DNA of 64,000 bases from Prasinococcaceae sp. CCMP 1430 (lineage: Eukaryota > Plantae > Prasinodermophyta), in NCBI GenBank assembly GCA_013416795.1, contig RQSC01000021.1, forward strand, positions 1-64,000, in the 5' to 3' direction. The stretch's first letter is position 1. Each line of letters opens with the position of its first letter. The translations under genes were made by a program, and so were the position numbers. This document shows, piece by piece, positions 13,201 to 26,142 of this stretch. Below the pieces are notes generated by a model. It was not told the origin of the DNA. It saw only the letters and a list, made by a program, of their open reading frames with translations, and made no database searches.

Positions 13201-16200
13201 CTTCCGGGCGGCGAGGTGCATTGGGACGGCCTCTCTGAAACCCCTCAGAGTGCGCGTGTGTCGTTTTGCTTTCTCGCGATCTGAGCTGACCCACAACCTG
13301 CGCGACGCGATAGTCCTCGAGCACGAGCAGCGGCCACGTCCAGTTCGACGACTTGCGGCTCGTAGTACCGCGACAAAGTGACTCTGCGCTCTATACCGCT
13401 GGAACGTACACGCTTAGCTTCGCCGACGCAGCAGGCGCACTCAGTCCGACATCGGTGTCGGTGACCGTGACCCAAAGCTCGCCCGCCTTTTTCGAAATCT
13501 CGAGCCAGCAGGACAGTCAGAATGTTGACCAGGTAACCACGCGTGCGATGCCTTCCGTTACGCTCCAGGCGTACGATGGTGGCAACAACGCTATTGCTGC
13601 GGACCCAAGCAAGACGTACACAATAGCAGCATCGAGCACCACGCTCACATTTATCGCTGGTAGCACTACGACAGCGGGTATGGAGGTGGACGGCTCGGTG
13701 GTCTTCGACGCCCTCAGAGTCGAGCCGCCCATCTCGGCGGGGAGGCACAACGTGACATTCTCGAGCGCTGGCTTCGAGCCGACCGTCGCGACCTTTGACA
13801 TTTCCTTGGGCTCGGCCGACCACTTGAGCATAGTGCTCCCCACGAGCGCTGGCGCGGTCCCGACGCACACGTACTCCTCCGCGGCTTTGGTGGAACTCGA
13901 GGCCTTCCGAGTCGTCGCTCGCGATGTTGGTGGAAATGACCTGCTGACGGATGACACGGAGGAGCGCACGATCACGCTGTCCGCCTCCGGCGGCCTCGGC
14001 CTCAGCGGCGATTTGTCGCCTCGCATGACGGACGGCGAGATAGTGATCGGCGATATCTACGCTCTGGCCCCCAAAGTTGGGACGTACACACTCACCGTTT
14101 CGACCGCGGGCGTTGATGCGGCCACGCTTGACCTCGTTATCGTCACGGGGGACGCAGTGGCGCTTGTAGTCGTCAACTCGCCTCGGCTGACGTACGCAGC
14201 TGACGAGTACGTGGACCTCGACCCGTTCGAGATTGCGCTCGTGGACGATGGCAACAATATCGTTTCTAGCTTGCCGCTTTTCAGGTACTCGTTCGAGACT
14301 GCCCTGAAGGAGTCAGATTTCACGTCGGCGTGGGCGCAGGTGCCGAACCCGTGCACCGACGCCACTGGATGCCCGCGGGGCACAAATGAGACCATCCACA
14401 CAGACGCACGAGAGGAGCTCGCCTCTGAGTCGGGCGCATGGATGGAGGGCCTCGAGGATGGCACCTACGCGACGACGATGTACAGCGAGAAAACGACCAC
14501 GCGCACATTCAACGCCACCCACGAGCGCGTACGCGAGGTCACTCGCGTATTCAATCTCACTGCAGTGGAGACGTCGACCTACGAGGTGATGGCGATGTCC
14601 GCCATGGTCGACGATGGATTCGAGCCGTACATGACGGGCCTCGACGTCGGCGGCTCCGGCCACGGGTCCAACTTGCCACTGGTCGATGTCCTCACTGTTG
14701 ATTCTGAGCGCAATGGCACGCTTTCGATCGCGCTTGGGACTGGCGTAGGGACAAGCACGTACGATGCGCTGCAGCTTTTCAGGCCCAAAATCGGAGAGCA
14801 CACCATCGTGTTCCAAACCAAGAATGACGCCATCGCTCCGACCAGCATCACGCTCACCGCGACAACTGGCGCGCCGCACCAACTGGGCATCCCGTACTTC
14901 GTGAGGAGCCAATTCGCGTCCGTTGCGAGGACCGCGATTGGAGGCTACACTGATGAGTACATCGAGGCTACTTGCAGTGACGCCAGCAGCTGCCAGAGGG
15001 ACCGCACGCTGCGCACGCACGTGCTTGACGCGGCGGGCAACTTTGTCGGAGATGCCGATGAGGTCGTTCGCGAGGTGCGCATGACCCTCGTGGGGAATGA
15101 GGCGCTCTTGGTGCGCTGCACGAGCACGCAGGGCGAAATGTGTACTGCCTCTGTCCTCGCAGAGCGATACCTTTCTACAGACGCCACTCTCGGTGTGGCA
15201 GGCGTGGAGAACGGCGCGATCATGGGCGTGGACGGCGTGTACGGCCCGCTGATTGGCACGTACGTCGTCGAGATCACTTCCGACGGCCTCAGAGGCGTCC
15301 GCTACCCTTTCGAGGTGACTCCTGGTCCAGCGGCTCGATTGAAGGTGATCGAGCCAGCCTCGCTGGTATACCAGTCCAGCAAGCACACACGTTTGCAGAC
15401 TATCATTATCAATGTGCTCGACAGTGGCGGCAATCTCCTGCGCGGTTGCTGCGAGCGGGGCGAGGACTGTTGTGACGCCGATCGCGAAGTGATCGCCACG
15501 GCGAGGGACGACACCGTTGTGATTCGCAGCGGCGACCTGCGCGGCATCAATTCGACCGACACGAGCGACGGTGCCGGCGACTTTACGGGCGCCTATCGGA
15601 GCATTTACTTGAATGCGCCTCTCGTAGGCGATCACGAAATCATCTTCACGAGCGATGGCCTGGAGGAGACTTCATTTGTAGTGAGCGTGCTGCCCGGGGA
15701 TGCGGTGCGTCTGGGCATCGTCAGCCCGGTTCTGGACTCAAGGAATCGCATCGCGCTGCCTTACACCGCCGTGCCCGACATGGCGCTCGGCACCATCGTC
15801 CTCCGCGGCGTGGACTTCGCAGGCAACACGGCGACCGGCGTGGGCTCGACCATCGTGCGTGCGACTACTGGCACTGGCGATGGCGGGCGGCCAATGCGTC
15901 ACCGCATGGTGTGCACCGATTGCAACGCCGGGACGCTCGACCGTCCGATGGGCCCCCCGGCGTCGTCCCCCGGTGAGGTCGAGTTTTCAGGACTTTCTTT
16001 GCTCGTGCCCGAGGCGTGCAACTCCGCCTACGAAGGCGAGGACGGGTACAGTCGACCGTATTGCTACTCTCTCACCTTCGTCGAGGAGAGTGGGCTGCTC
16101 GAAGCCGTGACTCTGACATTTCAGGTCGACATCGGATCCCCCTACAGGCTGCACATCAACGACACCTTCTTGCCCCAGGACGCGATCGAGGGAGACCTGC

Positions 16201-19200
16201 CGTACGATTTGGTCACTGTGGAGCAGAGCAGTGCGACCGTCCAGCTTCGGACGGTGCCTGTGCTCGTGTACGATGGCGGCGACAACTACCTCGGCAACAT
16301 GGACGTGGACCCGAACGGCGGCGCCTCGATGGAGCGGGACATCTTCATCGCCCGCGTCGACCAGCCCGATGAGGCTGACACGGACCCAACCACGCAGGTC
16401 GCGCTCAGCATGTGCCCCAGCTACGCTGACTTTGACACCAAGTCAAGCAGGGGAGTCCTGTCCCCCGACAGCAGCCCCTATACCTCGGGTGTCACCGAGA
16501 ACGGCTATCACCTTTTCAGGCAGATTCGCCTCGAGTCCCCGCCGGAAGGCGCGTACGTCCTGCGGTTCTATGAAGTTGTGCCAGAGCCCGAGGAGGAGGG
16601 GGAAGAGATGCGCGAGCCGCTGCTGCCTTTCGACCTGCCCGTCACCATCCTGCCCGGATACCCGACCAGGGTCGAGGTCAGCGAGCTCGACAGCCTCCTG
16701 AAGAAGGAAATTCCTTCGCACGAGCGTACACGTCTGCCGACCGTCGACGTTCGGCTCTACGATGCGGGCGACAACTTCATATCTGGCTATGGCCTCGACC
16801 AGGAATCCACGGAGGAGTTTCCCTACGCCGACGAGCAGCGCAATGTCTCCATACGCGTGACGCGCTTCGTTGACGTGGACGGCGTCGAAACAAGGTACCA
16901 AGCGAACGCGAGCGTCCTTTTCGACGAGGGCGCGACTCTCCCAGATCACGGCATGGCGAGAGCCAAGGATGGCATTGCGCGCTTCGGAGATCTTTACTTG
17001 TACAAGCCGCTTGCAGGCACGTACTACTTCATCGTGGAGAGCACGTGCGACTTCGATTTCTGCCCCAACGCTCCCGGGGGCGGGAACCTCGTCCTTGAGA
17101 CGACGGACGCACTCGCTCTGACCGTCGTCCCAGGCGAGCCGGTCGTCCTCACGTGGGGACGTACCCCGCCAAAGCAGATCGAAAACACCTTCACCTTGAG
17201 CTCCCTTCCAACGCTCGAGTTGCGCGACGCAGCGGGCAGTGTGTGTACGCAGGAGAACACGTTTGCGACAGTCCGATTGCACCCTCCTGCCCTGGAGCTT
17301 CGCGGCAATGTCGCGCCCGTCATTGCGGGCGTGGGCACCCTGCACAACCTGCGTGTCGTCGGCGATCGCGGTGGCGAGTACGACCTCATCTTCGAGGTGC
17401 CCGCGCTGGATATCGAGCTCGCGTACGGTCCTGTGCGCGTCTTGTCATGCGCCGAGGTCAAACCTAACAGCATCCCAGATGCGCATGGAGGATGCATGTG
17501 CCGCCCTGGGTACACAGAGGACATCAACCACGAGGGCGCGACTGGACACACCGTTGGCCTCAACTCGACCGCAACTTTCTTCGATCTGTATAGCAATGTC
17601 GTGCACGAGCGCGAGAGCAACGCGTGGCTCGGGGCGCTACAGCCGTACGGCGTGTGTGCGCCGTGCAAGAACGGCTTCTACAAGCCATTTCCCGGCGCGC
17701 ATCCGTGCACTGCCTGCCCCCCCAATATGGACACGAGCTTCGACGCCGGGCGCCCCGCGCTGTCACGGCTCAGCGCGAGCGGCGAGATGCTCTTTGGAGA
17801 GCTCGGCCATTCGCGGAAGGAGGCTTGCCACTGCAAGGCCGAGCCATGGCTGAGCGTTGAGTTGCCTGGTGACAGCTACTACGCCGATGTAGCGGACATG
17901 TACCTGTGCCACCCGTGCCCGTACGGTGGCATCTGCAATGGCCTTGGCATTTCCGAGATCAAGTCCGCACCAGGCCGGTGGCGCACGTCACGCTCGTCGA
18001 TCGACTTCAGGCGTTGCCCCAATCCTGAAACGTGTCTGGGCGGTGAGGACAGCGAATGCCTCGTTGGTAACGGCACGGGCCACACCGGAGTGACGTGCGC
18101 AGCGTGCATCGACGGATTTGCGTACCCCTCGGCGCCCAACGCGGTCCCACTCATGGCCGACTTCGCCAACACGCAGTTCTGCACCAGCTGCATGCCAGCG
18201 TACGCCAACGCTATTCTCTTCCTGCTGGCCGCGGCCGTTAAGGTCGCAGTGGTCCTGCTGATCTGTCGTGCAGCCACGCGCACCGACAGCGCCACGGTCA
18301 TGCACTGGAAGACGCTGCTGAACTACCTCCAGACCGTGTCCAACCCGAACGACATCGCGCTGCGCTGGCCGGCGTCTGTGTCTGCATACTTTGTCTTCGC
18401 ACGAACGCTTGGCACGCCCTCGCTGCAGAACAATGCCGCAGACTGCCTGCTAGGCCTGGACCACTACGGCTGGACCGGCATTTACCTGGCCATACCTGTC
18501 GTCCTCGTGCTGGCTGCGGTGGCATACCACCACTTGGTGTCGAAGCGGCGCAGGTATCTCAAGGCGCGAGAGCATCAGCGCCGCAAGTATCTCGAGAGCA
18601 ATAGGGCGGGCATGGAAGACGGAGAGGCTGATGCGCAGGCAGGGGCAGACATTGCGGGGGAACAGGGCGACGGCAGCGGGCACAATGGCAGTGACGAGCG
18701 TATGGGTGAGGGGGAGGCTGGTTGGGACCCATCAAAGCGCGATGCCAACACGCTCGACCGGGCTGTGTGCGCCGTGCTGGTAGGGCTGTACTACTCGCAC
18801 ACAACCATCAGCCGCTACCTCTTCGGCCTCATCCGTTGCAGGTCGTTCGACGAGGGCAGCTATCTGATGGCAGATTTGTCGATCCCATGCGGCACTGGGG
18901 CTCACGGCGCGTGGATGTTCGCGCTGATCGTCTTCTCAGCCGTGTACGTGGTCGGTATTCCTTTCTTGACCTTCGCGGTGCTCGGCAGGCAGGGTAATTT
19001 GCGCGACGTGCATACGCGTTACCAATTTGGCATGTACTACCTCGGGTACTCGCCTGAGCTATGGTTTTGGGACATTGAGATCATCGCGCGCAAATTAGCG
19101 CTCACTCTCGTGGCCAGTGTCATGATCGACGACCCGAGCTATGCGGGCTATATTTGTATCTGGATCATGCAGGTATCACTTGTAGTGCACCTCGTGATCG

Positions 19201-20036
19201 ATCCGTGCAAGAACAGCCGCTTCGAGAGGCTCGAGATGCTCAGTCAGGTGGTCAACCTGATTACTTACAACATGGGCATTCTGTACTACAACGGGGTGTC
19301 AGAGTTGGCCTCGCACTTCCTCGCGGTTGTCATCTGGGGACTCAACGTAGGCGTATGGGTGCACTTCTTTAAGTGCATGCGCGAGGAGCTGCACCATGAG
19401 TCCAAGCTGGCGATGATCAGGCGCGCCAAGGCAGACATCGAAAGGGAGGACGCCATCCGTCGCCTCAATATCGCGGGCGAGCTCCACGACCTCAAGCCTA
19501 CCCTGCGTGGCCTGCCCAAGCGCGGCGCAGAGCAGCTGCGCGTTGCGTTTGCCGACAACACCATGACGGACATCATTGCGACGAAAGAGGTGCCCGACCT
19601 GCGATTGAAGCACCTTCAACTCAGCCTCAACTTGGAGAACATGAGAAACAATTGGAGAAAGACCAAGCTGAAGGGTGTCTCCGGAGCCAGACGCGCGTCC
19701 ATTGAGGACGATGCGAGGCAGCGTCAACGCATGCTCGTGCCGGCGGAGCGCTGGCGCCAGCGTCGGCGCGAGGAGAGTGCTTCGGCCGAGCTCGAAGCAG
19801 CGGCTGCCGCGGCGGGCAACGACGAGGACGAAGACGGTGGGGAGAGCAGGCGTGACTGGCGCGAGCGCATGGCGGACCCACAGTGGCGCGTCACCCAGCG
19901 GCTTAAGTACAGGCTCGCAGGCGGCATGGCAGGTGCAGACAGCCGACGTGCCACCAGCGACGATGCGGGCGCCGTCGGCGATGGTAGTGGCGCCGAAGGG
20001 GACCCGCGCACGCCGCCAGAACAGGAAGTTGAGTAG
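10220..20036 (+). CDS. Giant (~3,200 aa) cell-surface protein: signal peptide, EGF, beta-rich region, 2 IPT/TIG, ~11 Ig-like repeats, Cys-rich repeats, multi-TM C-terminus; intron 13194-13313, probable intron 10292-10423, start uncertain
   Basis: ORFs 9606-13238 and 13353-20036 are joined in frame by a GTGCGT..TAG intron. Motifs include CVCD...GPDCS, VTAVDPVYGP...VTITGSGF, recurring D-x-x-G-N and CAPCKNGFYK...CTACP, followed by several hydrophobic helices. Confidence 0.8.
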
Positions 20037-20103
20037 TCGCGGCAATCTCGACGGACACAAATCCGTATCATAATCGATTGTAAATTACTGTACTGTACAA
20101 AAC

Positions 20104-22500
20104 TCAGGGGCCCTCGACCATGAACCTCGTGACGTCGCTCGCGAGCGCGTCCAGGTACTGGACGAAGCCATCCGCCGCGCTGCCGTCACCACCGCCGGCA
20201 TCGCCTCTGGCAGCAGAAAGCGGCTCTTCAATCAGCATGCGGCTGAAGGGCGTCGAGTCGTCTGTGCCTCCCCGAATGAACCGCACGCGCGGCGTCACCA
20301 GACGCTCCTGCTTCTTGGCGTTCATCAGCTCACGCAGGACGCTGCCCTGCGCCGGCGGAAATGTCGACGCCCCGCGGCTGCCGCCCTCACTGCCGCTGCC
20401 GCCCCCGCCCATCTGCGCCGCAGGGGCGCAATAGCACACGAGCGACGTGAGCGCGTCAAGAAGAAAGATCTGCGCGCCCGATGTGGTGATGGCCGCCCGG
20501 CTCAGCGAGTGCGACGGGAAGGCGGGCGTGTTTTCGTCATAGTAGCTGCACATCGCAGGGTACACGGCGAGCTGCAGCAATGACGGCTCGAGCGAGCGCC
20601 AGAAGTGCTCGCAGTGCGCACGCGCATCGGGATGTGATGGCGAGTCGGACAGCAGATCGGACCGCAGCAGACCGTACACCAGCCGGGGTATGGGTGCAAG
20701 CGCCGCGCAGTCCTTGAATGACGTGTCGACCCCAGCTGCGATCTGCGCGGGATCGTCGCCGAAATGAGCCAGCTTCTGCGTCTGATTGTAATTTGCTACC
20801 AGGATGGTCAGCCAATCGCGCAGCAGCAGGCGGGCCTCCGGCACGCCCTCAGCTCTGCTCGCCAGGATGATCTTGTGCGTAAGAAGTGCCATCACCACAT
20901 CACAGCGTGCCGAATCGTACAGTGCCTTTGCGCGCTTCGCCACGCGCGCTTGCGCCGTGACGATGCGTAGCCGTCGCTCGACCCTGAAGCCCGCAACCGC
21001 ACCGCCCCTGCTGCCCACGCCGCCGTTCTCGCCCGCATGTGAGCGCGCACCATTGGCATCGTACTCATCCACCACGCCGCCGCCCGCCGGCCGCACCGGC
21101 ACGAGCAGCGAGTACCTGATCGCTAGCTGCACGGTGGGTGCCACGTCGTAGTCGAAGCCCTCCGCCTCAACGAACTCGAAGTCGAACATGAAAGTGGAGT
21201 GCTCGTCCAGGCACACAGCGTGGTAGAGCTCGTCCACGTCGCCGTCCGCGGCGAGGTGGCCGTACGCTCGCGCGACCTTAAATTCGCAAGATGTGCGCAG
21301 CCTCAACGTAGCGCCCAGTGCCGCTTCACGGCTGAGCAGTCGAAACACGTCCTGAGGCACAGCGGCGCCTTCTGCGCCGTCCGCATAGTGGTAGAGCACC
21401 CCACCCGAACCCTCCGCAAGCTTAGCCAGCGCCTCGAGCCCGCACGGCCTCTCAGCCACCACCAACAGGTCGCAGGCCACGCCCGCAGAAAGGGCCAGCG
21501 CTGAGAGGTCCTCGTACCACTGCGCGACACTGCCGTACTCGCGCGTGCATATGTCTGCCTCTGCGCCCACGGTGGCACCGAGGCCCAGGCTCGGCGCGCC
21601 AGCAAGGAAGCACAGTGCGCGCGCCGCGAGGAATCCCCCAGCCCGCGCACCTGCACGACACAGTGCATCCAGCGCTGCGCCCAGGCACTGCGGCGGGTGA
21701 GATCCTCCAGGTGGCGGCGGGCATGGAGACAGCGCGTCCAGTGCCGCCATGATCTCGTCGCCGCATTCGCCAACGGGTGCCAACAGTCTCTCGAGCGGAG
21801 CTGCCTCGTCGATGTCGACGGACACAGACCCGTCGAGAATGGGAAGGTGAAGTGCCACCGGTGCGTCGCCCTGCACGTCAAGCAACCCAACGCGGTCGCT
21901 GACGGTGACGATGGCCACGCGCGCGACAGCCGGAAGGGCCTCGAGTGCTGCCGCCAGGGCCCCTTTCGAAGCGTCCAGGAAAGCCTCGCTGCCCGTGAGG
22001 TCGAACACAGCGAAGTAGCATGGCGACGATTGCAGCGCCGACTGTGCGCCCGCACGTGCATGCGCGCCATCGAGCGACAATCCCTCTAGTGCGCGCGCCG
22101 CGCCGTTGGCACCAGAAACGTCGGTGCTGCTCGCGTCGACATCGTCGTCGGCCAGTTCTATCACGCTCATCATCAGCTCGGGCAGGTCCCTGCGATGCGA
22201 CGCAGAGACGCCATACCTGCCGCGCTGCTGCTCTCGCGTGAATGTGTTCACGTGATCGCAAAGTGCGCACCGCCACGCGCGCCGCTCATGATGGCAACTC
22301 GGCGAAATGTACGCTAGGCACGCCTCGCAGCGTGCAACATCCGCTGCGGCGGGCAACGCACGCGCAGCGCACGCTGCGCCCAGCCGCGCGCCGCGGGCCG
22401 CGAGCGGGCGCACTGCGCAGCCGAACGGCAGCCCCGCGTCGTCCTTTATGCGCGCCGTGGAAGGCAGCGCCGCCGACGTGAAGCGCACCGTCGCCGCCGC
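20104..22500 (-). CDS. Sec23/Sec24 family COPII protein (plant SEC23D-like); N-terminus probably lies in the gap
   Basis: GLPFGC.VRP, Zn finger RCEACLAYI...WRCALCDHVN, vWA-like trunk, LRLRTS beta-sandwich and SLSRAAI..SG..IFLLDA gelsolin-like end. Confidence 0.88.
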   Translation of the reverse strand, partial: AAATVRFTSAALPSTARIKDDAGLPFGCAVRPLAARGARLGAACAARALPAAADVARCEACLAYISPSCHHERRAWRCALCDHVNTFTREQQRGRYGVSASHRRDLPELMMSVIELADDDVDASSTDVSGANGAARALEGLSLDGAHARAGAQSALQSSPCYFAVFDLTGSEAFLDASKGALAAALEALPAVARVAIVTVSDRVGLLDVQGDAPVALHLPILDGSVSVDIDEAAPLERLLAPVGECGDEIMAALDALSPCPPPPGGSHPPQCLGAALDALCRAGARAGGFLAARALCFLAGAPSLGLGATVGAEADICTREYGSVAQWYEDLSALALSAGVACDLLVVAERPCGLEALAKLAEGSGGVLYHYADGAEGAAVPQDVFRLLSREAALGATLRLRTSCEFKVARAYGHLAADGDVDELYHAVCLDEHSTFMFDFEFVEAEGFDYDVAPTVQLAIRYSLLVPVRPAGGGVVDEYDANGARSHAGENGGVGSRGGAVAGFRVERRLRIVTAQARVAKRAKALYDSARCDVVMALLTHKIILASRAEGVPEARLLLRDWLTILVANYNQTQKLAHFGDDPAQIAAGVDTSFKDCAALAPIPRLVYGLLRSDLLSDSPSHPDARAHCEHFWRSLEPSLLQLAVYPAMCSYYDENTPAFPSHSLSRAAITTSGAQIFLLDALTSLVCYCAPAAQMGGGGSGSEGGSRGASTFPPAQGSVLRELMNAKKQERLVTPRVRFIRGGTDDSTPFSRMLIEEPLSAARGDAGGGDGSAADGFVQYLDALASDVTRFMVEGP

Positions 22501-22574
22501 NNNNNNNNNNNNNNNNNNNNNNNNNNNNNNNNNNNNNNNNNNNNNNNNNNNNNNNNNNNNNNNNNNNNNNNNNN
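22501..22574. other. Assembly gap (74 N)
   Basis: Run of N flanked by GCC/GCG repeats. Confidence 1.
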
Positions 22575-22733
22575 GCGGCGGCGGCGGACGCGCCGAGGCG
22601 GCTCGCCGCTGCGCTGCAATGCGCAGCCGCAGGGCTGTGCGGGGGCGGCGATGGGGCGCCGGAGCTGCCGGGCACGGCGGAGTGCGAGGGTGATCAAGAC
22701 CTACTGGTTGCGCGTGGGCTTGCAGAAGAGCTA

Positions 22734-25700
22734 ATGGCAGCGGGTCCCGCAGCGCAGAGCGCGGCTTCGCGCGCGGCGCTCGCAGGCGGCGCGGTAGCGC
22801 CACTCGCGGCAGCGCTGCTCAGCGATGCAGTGGCAGGCATGTTGGCGTGCATATCGCCTACCGACCGGACCCTGGTGGGGAGGGTCCTGCGCGTGGGCCC
22901 GGTCACCAGCGTGCTGCCTGCTCTCGTCGCGGCGCTCGCACGGGCGGCGGACGCTCACAGTGGGGGCACCGGTGCGGCAGGGGAGCTCGCCGAGGCGGTG
23001 CTTTGCGATGCCCTCGGCACGGGGCTAATAGCGTCTCTGCTCGCCGAGGCCAGCGAGACGAGGCGCGGCGATGGTGCGCTCGAAGGCGCGCGTGGTGCGG
23101 AATGGCGGGCCGCGTTGGATGCCCTGGTGGGAGCATCCGACCGCGCGGAGGCGGCTGCCGCCGTGCGTGGAGTGCGCCCCGCCGCTGCGCTGCGCGGCAG
23201 TGCAATAGCTTCCGCGGCCGTGGAGGCGGCGCTTGCAGTGGCCGCGCCGGAGCAGAGTGAGGACGCGACACGCAGTGGCGCGGTGACTGTCGCAGCCGAG
23301 ATGGTCTCGCGTTTCGTCAGACGAGGCCAGGCCAAAGCCGTCGCGAGGGCACTCCGCGAGGGCGCCGGGGCTCACGCGGCGGCAGCATCTCTGCTCATGG
23401 CAATGCCCGACAGCGGATCAGTCGTGCGCGTTTCGGAGGCGCTGCTTGCTGCCGTAGCGCCTGCGTGCGCGTTCGACGAGCGTGCGATGCGCAGTGCGGT
23501 CATCGAGCTCCGTGCGCTTTGGGGTGCTCCTCGCCCGGGCAGTATGATGGGGCGTCCAGGGGCGAGCGCGAGTCCTGCTACGCTGGGGGACGTGCACGCG
23601 CACGTTGTAGACGTCCTCCTCGCCGGCGGGCGGCTGAAGGCGCCCGCCCTTCGCCTCGCTGTCGAGGTGGCCGCTGCTGGCGCTTACAACAACGGCATTG
23701 CTACGGCTCATCATTTGGATATTGGAGACGCCAGCGAGGACAGGGACAGTGACGATGAGCGGGCGCTGCGGCTGTGCACAGCCGCTCTCTCTGAGGCATG
23801 GGCCCTGCCGCAGGTGGCCTCAGCCATGCCCGACGAACACCACGGCAGGGTGACGACCGCACTCGCGGCATGCCTTGTCGCGGGCGGCGCAAGAGGCGCA
23901 CGCACCGCGCTGCCAGCGGTGCTCCGCGGCGTATCTGCGCGCCTCGAATGCAGCGACGCGCACAGGCGACGCGCAGGTATGCGCTTGGCCACATTGGTTG
24001 CGGCTCTCTCTGGCGAGCATGCTGTGGGCGCTCGTGGGGACGGCACTCCTGCCCGGGACGAAGGTGCACCCGTCGTTTTTGAGTGTGAGCCGGCCATGAC
24101 TGCGCAGAGGTGTCACGATGCGCTCTGGGACGTGGACTGGTGGGGAGGGCATGGGGACGACCCGCGAGCGAGACAAGTGTTCGAGGAGGAGGTCAAGGCA
24201 GTCGCTGCCGCGGCGAGTGCCGTTCCTGCGCCTCCCACAGATGCGTCTGGACGTGGTGGGGGTGGCTCATCATCGCGAAACGAGCAAAGAGTGTCGGAAC
24301 ATAGCAGCGCTCGGAGAGGCGGTCAAGCAGGCAACGGCGGGAGTGCTGGGAGTGGCACGAGCGCAGTAAGCGCCAGGCGTGCTCATGCGGGCGGCGATGG
24401 CGCTTTGCGGGACCCCCATGCGCCAGCAAACTTCTTCGTGCCGTCGACAGGCGTCGGGGAGTCTTTCGGCGTGCGCCTTGATGCTGACAGCGACGACGAC
24501 TACAGCGACGAGGCCGATGTGGATGGCTACTCCTCAGAGAGCTCGCTCGAGGCGTATGCGCTCTCAGACGAAGAGGATGCACGGCCAATTGAGACCCTTG
24601 AGGAGAAGGGCGTTCGCAAGACCACCCCGGTGTCCTTCAGCACACTGGTGTCGCTGCTAAAGGTGCGCGCGCGGCCTCGTAGGCGCGCTCGCTATGACGC
24701 CCGTCAAGCTACGCGTGCGGCGCTGACTCCGCGCTCGATGGACGCGCGTGCCTGACGGCTACCGCGCACAGGAGGGCCGCAAGGATCCCTACTCGCTCGA
24801 GGCTGCGCTGAGGGGTGCAGAGGCCGTCATTCGGTCGCGTCCCGCCGAGCTCGGAAGTGGCGCGGCCGAAGAGCTAGCACTCACACTGCTCACGACGCGC
24901 CCAGAAATTGACGACGACACATGGGGTAGCGGAGACGAGGCAGCCACCGGCGGTGAGGCCCACCGCCGCGCGGCCCTCATGGCGCTGCTCGTGTGCTATC
25001 CGCAGGACTGCGCGGAGGCACTCGCTGCGAGGCTCGCATCTGCGCACCTTGACGCTGCGCAGCGCCTCGCGCTGCTCGACGCGATGGAGGGCGCCGCTAG
25101 GGAGCTCTCTGGAGTGTTCGTGGCGACCGACAGGCGAACAACGTCCCGTGGCAGCAGCGCTCGATCTAGCGTTGCCGATGTGGGCGCCCACAGCAGCGAC
25201 GGCCGCCTTGAAGCGGTTCTTGCTGGGGAGAGTCAGCTCACGCACGATGGCAGGCCGCGTGTGCGGAGGTGGGGCCACCGCGTGGCCGCGCTGCGCGCTG
25301 AGGCAGAGTCGCGTGGAGGACAGACGCACAGGCAGGGCGGGCGCAACGACTTCGGTCCGCTCGCGCCGCTCTTTGCGTTGCCGCTGATGGCGTGCTTCGA
25401 CCGTGGAGAACCTGGCACGGGTGCCGACTTGCTGCATGCCCCCAACGCCCCGGTGCTCGCGCGCCTGCTCCTGGCGCTCGGCTCGTTCGCGCAATGTGCG
25501 GGGGTTTACCCCACCGCCGTGCCTGTGGCCGCCTCGCTGCTGGAGCTGCTCTCGGCAGTCAGCGAACGAGCCATGGGTCCCGCGTACGTGGACGAGGCCG
25601 CAGGCATTTCAGTCGCTCGCGCAATGCTCGCGGCGCAGGCGATGGCCGTGGGCGCGTTGCCGCCGCCCGCCGTCGCAGCCGCGTTTGAGGGCGGCGGCGA

Positions 25701-26062
25701 GCTCGTGGCGATTCTCGAGGCGGCGGGGGCGCGCGCTGCGGCGGCGGCTGAGGGGCTTGGGGCGTTCGGTGGTGATGAGGTGCGTATGGGCTGGCGGGCT
25801 GGCGGCGCGCACGTGCGACACCCCCCGGGCAGCTACTGCACCACGCGCTATGTGGCGCAAATCGCACTGACACCCGCCGACTCGCATCGTGATCGCGTGC
25901 GTCCCGCCCGCCCTGCTTTTCGCGAGCGCATAGAGCGTGGTGGTGCTCGGGCAACACTGCCTGGCGATCCAGAGCGTTCTCATGTCGGAGGTAGCCGGAC
26001 CGCAGGCGCCTTCTGTGGAAGACGTGGCGACCATTCGCATGCCGTCTATGAGTGCGTTCTGA
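22734..26062 (+). CDS. TELO2: TEL2/TELO2 (TTT complex) homolog; introns 24663-24771 and 25780-25933
   Basis: GVSARLEC...RRRAGM, acidic DSDDD/L.AY.L.D linker, AL..AE.VIR..P.EL, QRL..LD.M..AA.ELS, RRWG and N.F.PLA..F..PL motifs. Confidence 0.8.
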
Positions 26063-26142
26063 CGTCATTTGAGTTGCGTACAGTGTCACTGTAGTTCGTC
26101 TTGGCGCATTAATACAGTAGACTAGCTAGCTAGCTAGAGCAG

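Noticed and set aside
26122-26137. (CTAG)4 run as a transposon footprint
   Set aside because: Short simple repeat with no terminal inverted repeats or transposase nearby.
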